This document shows positions 61,701-64,000 of a stretch of DNA of 64,000 nucleotides, piece by piece. How positions within the stretch are numbered: position 1 is the first letter of the stretch; each line of letters starts with the position of its first letter. The notes under the pieces are model-generated. The model saw nothing but the letters and a program-made list of their open reading frames with translations. It did no database searches and was not told the DNA's origin. A program made the position numbers and the translations under genes. Source of the stretch: Phoronis australis (Eukaryota > Animalia > Phoronida); assembly GCA_002633005.1 (NCBI GenBank), contig NMRA01000003.1:1-64000 (forward strand), written 5' to 3'.

Positions 61701-64000
61701 GCATTTCGCCATTTACCTGGCTAAAAATCAAATCAGTAATTATACTTTAAAAAATCGGTCTCATAATTACATTCCAATCTGTGGAAGGACTCTATTCCTA
61801 TAATCTACAAGAACGTTGAAGCCACTGAGTGATTTGAGAAGACACTCCGAAGTAAAGTAAGATTTGCATGTTATTGCATATAGTAAAGTGCAAAAAACCC
61901 CATCATTTATCTGGTTTTAACAAGTGACTACATAGTCAAGATCATTAAACCTTCTTTTGCCAAGTAATTTTCCAACATGTGCGCAATGTTTCACTCAGAG
62001 AATATTGATGATCACACTTTTTTGAGCACAACTTGGAAAACTGGAGATAGTCAACATGTTGATTATTTTAGGTTCAGCATATTTTAGTGGTCTCCAGTAC
62101 ATGAGAAATCACTCAATCTGAGTTACTTTTAATCTCAGGTAATTTAAGGAACTGAGTTAAGTTTGACGATCACGAGCACTGACTATTGAAGATCATATTT
62201 TTGCAACAGCATTAAGAGACAGATGTGTTGACAGCTTTTCATTTCATTTGATGTTAAGGAAACTAACCTGTTTTGGATCCCAGACTTTACAGACAAGTCA
62301 GACTGCCAGAAGATGGCGCCCATAATCACACCCGTAATTAGAGTGGTCATTAGCTGTAGAAGACAAGTAACATCGCAGCACAATCAACACAGAGCATTTT
62401 CCGTTTTCAACTGAGCACACAGTGAGACATTCGACTGCACTTGATTCACTCTACCGGTTCAGCCGGGTCAATTGTCTAAGACATCTGATTGAATTGTAAC
62501 CTGGGTAAAGCGGCGAACTGAATTATGTGCAATAACTGAGGACTTTTTGACTTGTCGGTGTATTAGCCAAATATCCACAAAACTACTTACTTGTTACAGA
62601 TTTCGACTCATTCAATAAAAATATAATCTCTGAAAGTAGAAATCCTGTGGAATTTGATTCCTCGCGTTATATCAATCTCTTAGTATCTGGATCATGTGAC
62701 GATGTCTTTTTAGTAAAATTTAGTTAAACAAAGATATCAATAACTATATGACCAAATTTTGTTCGATACAAATGTTTTTTATAAAAATCATAAAAATCCC
62801 TTCTTGAGTCTCTCACGCAAAAGTAGAAACATTTCAAAACAATTCCTAACAGGCTTTTTAAGAACAGTGCATAACCGATCATGGTATATGGAAGTTTCGT
62901 ATGAATTTGATGAGCCATTTCTGAGATATGAAGTTGTGAGGTTTGCCAAATTTGGCCATTTTCCTAGTACATAATTAATAAGCACAACACAAGCAATTAC
63001 CAAAACAGAAATTTACACAATCATCTTTAGAAGCTCACTGATGTAATAGACAAGTTGCAATACTCTCTTTAATGTGCATGGTTAATTAATTCCCGGCGTT
63101 GAAAAGGCAATTACCGATTTCTCTACATTATTTGCTACACAGATAACCTCAGTCTATAAAGGAAACAGTGGAAACAAACAGTAAGCACAACCATTGCATT
63201 ATGAATGCTCTAGCAAATGTAAGATATGTAGTTAACAGACAAACCTGCATAACAGACGTTTGTGGGTTTCTAGCAAGATTTTTGACAGCTCGCCCAGACA
63301 CGTGATAACACTGGAAAAACAACACAATTTCAAGTGGAACAACACTGGTGCTCCGCAAACAACATGTATCAAAGGGCCATTAGGAGATGCTGCGGTAATC
63401 AAACCTGCCCGAAAATTGAATGGTGCCAGCACACTGTCATCATATACCTCATTGTCAAGTTTCATTGAAATCCATCAATAAGTTCTTTAGATATCATCCA
63501 GAAATGTTCTTCTCAAAACATCATTAATTTTAAAAAGTCATTTGTCGAGAACAAACCGCCACCAGGAGGCATTCCAGTGGTCAAATCCCCTGAAATCAAT
63601 GGAACTAGCGCATGCTCATAAAACCTTGGTTTAATCAGACACTCACTGACACTGGTCATACGGTGAAACACTAAAAAAGGTAGACATGTCAAATTCTGGC
63701 TAAAAAAGTACATACATGAGCATATAAACAGACACAGAGCATTGAGGGAACTGTTTGCACTAATTCCAGTAACCAGAATTATCCTGAAACAAGATAAAAA
63801 TTTAACTCCTGTATGATATCATAAATACAGGAATATTACCCAAATCTTCATAAACTTGGAACACCTAGTCTTTAGACAATATTTTGATTGCTTACCTGAG
63901 TAAGAAAACTAGTAGGATACACCACTCTGGCCTTCTTTATATGTATTCCACTGTCAAGATGATCTTGATAGTCTTTGTAGATTGGATCCAATAATCCTTC
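55765..64000 (-). CDS. ABCG2: ABC transporter subfamily G member 2-like (TM domain half; NBD exons lie beyond the window)
   Basis: Exons: (beyond 64000)-63896, 63310-63245, 62353-62268, 61605-61516, 59014-58890, 58507-58353, 58016-57927, 57311-57226, 55915-55765. Peptides YPTSFLTQ, KNLARNPQTSVMQ, GIQNRIGSLFFI..NLLFGNLSAIELFLKERVIFIHENASGFYRVSAYF, IFSGLLVNL..WLHWLQYFSI, NEL..FC and DYLDLQGI..WDLWVN..YIQLRRIKKIK*. Confidence 0.93.
56286..56390 (+). repeat. 21-bp tandem repeat x5
   Basis: (ATTATGGTAYGAGGTGACAAC)5. Confidence 0.95.
57456..57699. mobile_element. MITE, CAGGGCTTGGAATGACC family
   Basis: Homologous over its length to 18194-18444. Confidence 0.8.
59480..61030 (+). repeat. Long degenerate satellite-like array (about 120-150-bp period) in an ABCG2-like intron
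   Basis: TTGCCACTAGGG-like cores at about 59723, 59843, 59983, 60107, 60251, 60397, 60619 and 60767; small N gap at 60819-60822. Confidence 0.7.

Overview
Intron-rich animal genomic DNA from an invertebrate (probably a lophotrochozoan; the species cannot be determined from sequence). Genes, reconstructed by hand from GT-AG sites and reading frames: (1) the 3' half of NPC1 (+, 1584-14196), with two paralogous alternative terminal exons encoding different cytoplasmic sorting tails; (2) a complete 12-coding-exon CYP4 (CYP4V-like) gene (-, 17023-27842), whose exons 2-3 appear twice across a single-N join, most likely a haplotype assembly artefact; (3) a secreted LRR protein encoded by one coding exon (+, 34473-35690); (4) an intronless 350-aa orphan ORF with SxIP-type motifs (+, 37228-38280); (5) FBXL16 (-, 43061-49405); (6) the 3' half of an ABCG2-like half-transporter (-, 55765 to beyond 64000). 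Introns and intergenic DNA hold many MITEs, LINE remnants, minisatellites, a satellite-like family carrying CTCF-like motifs, and an internally deleted Kolobok-like transposon (TTAA TSD, THAP remnant) upstream of the CYP gene. No rRNA, intact tRNA or CRISPR array is seen.
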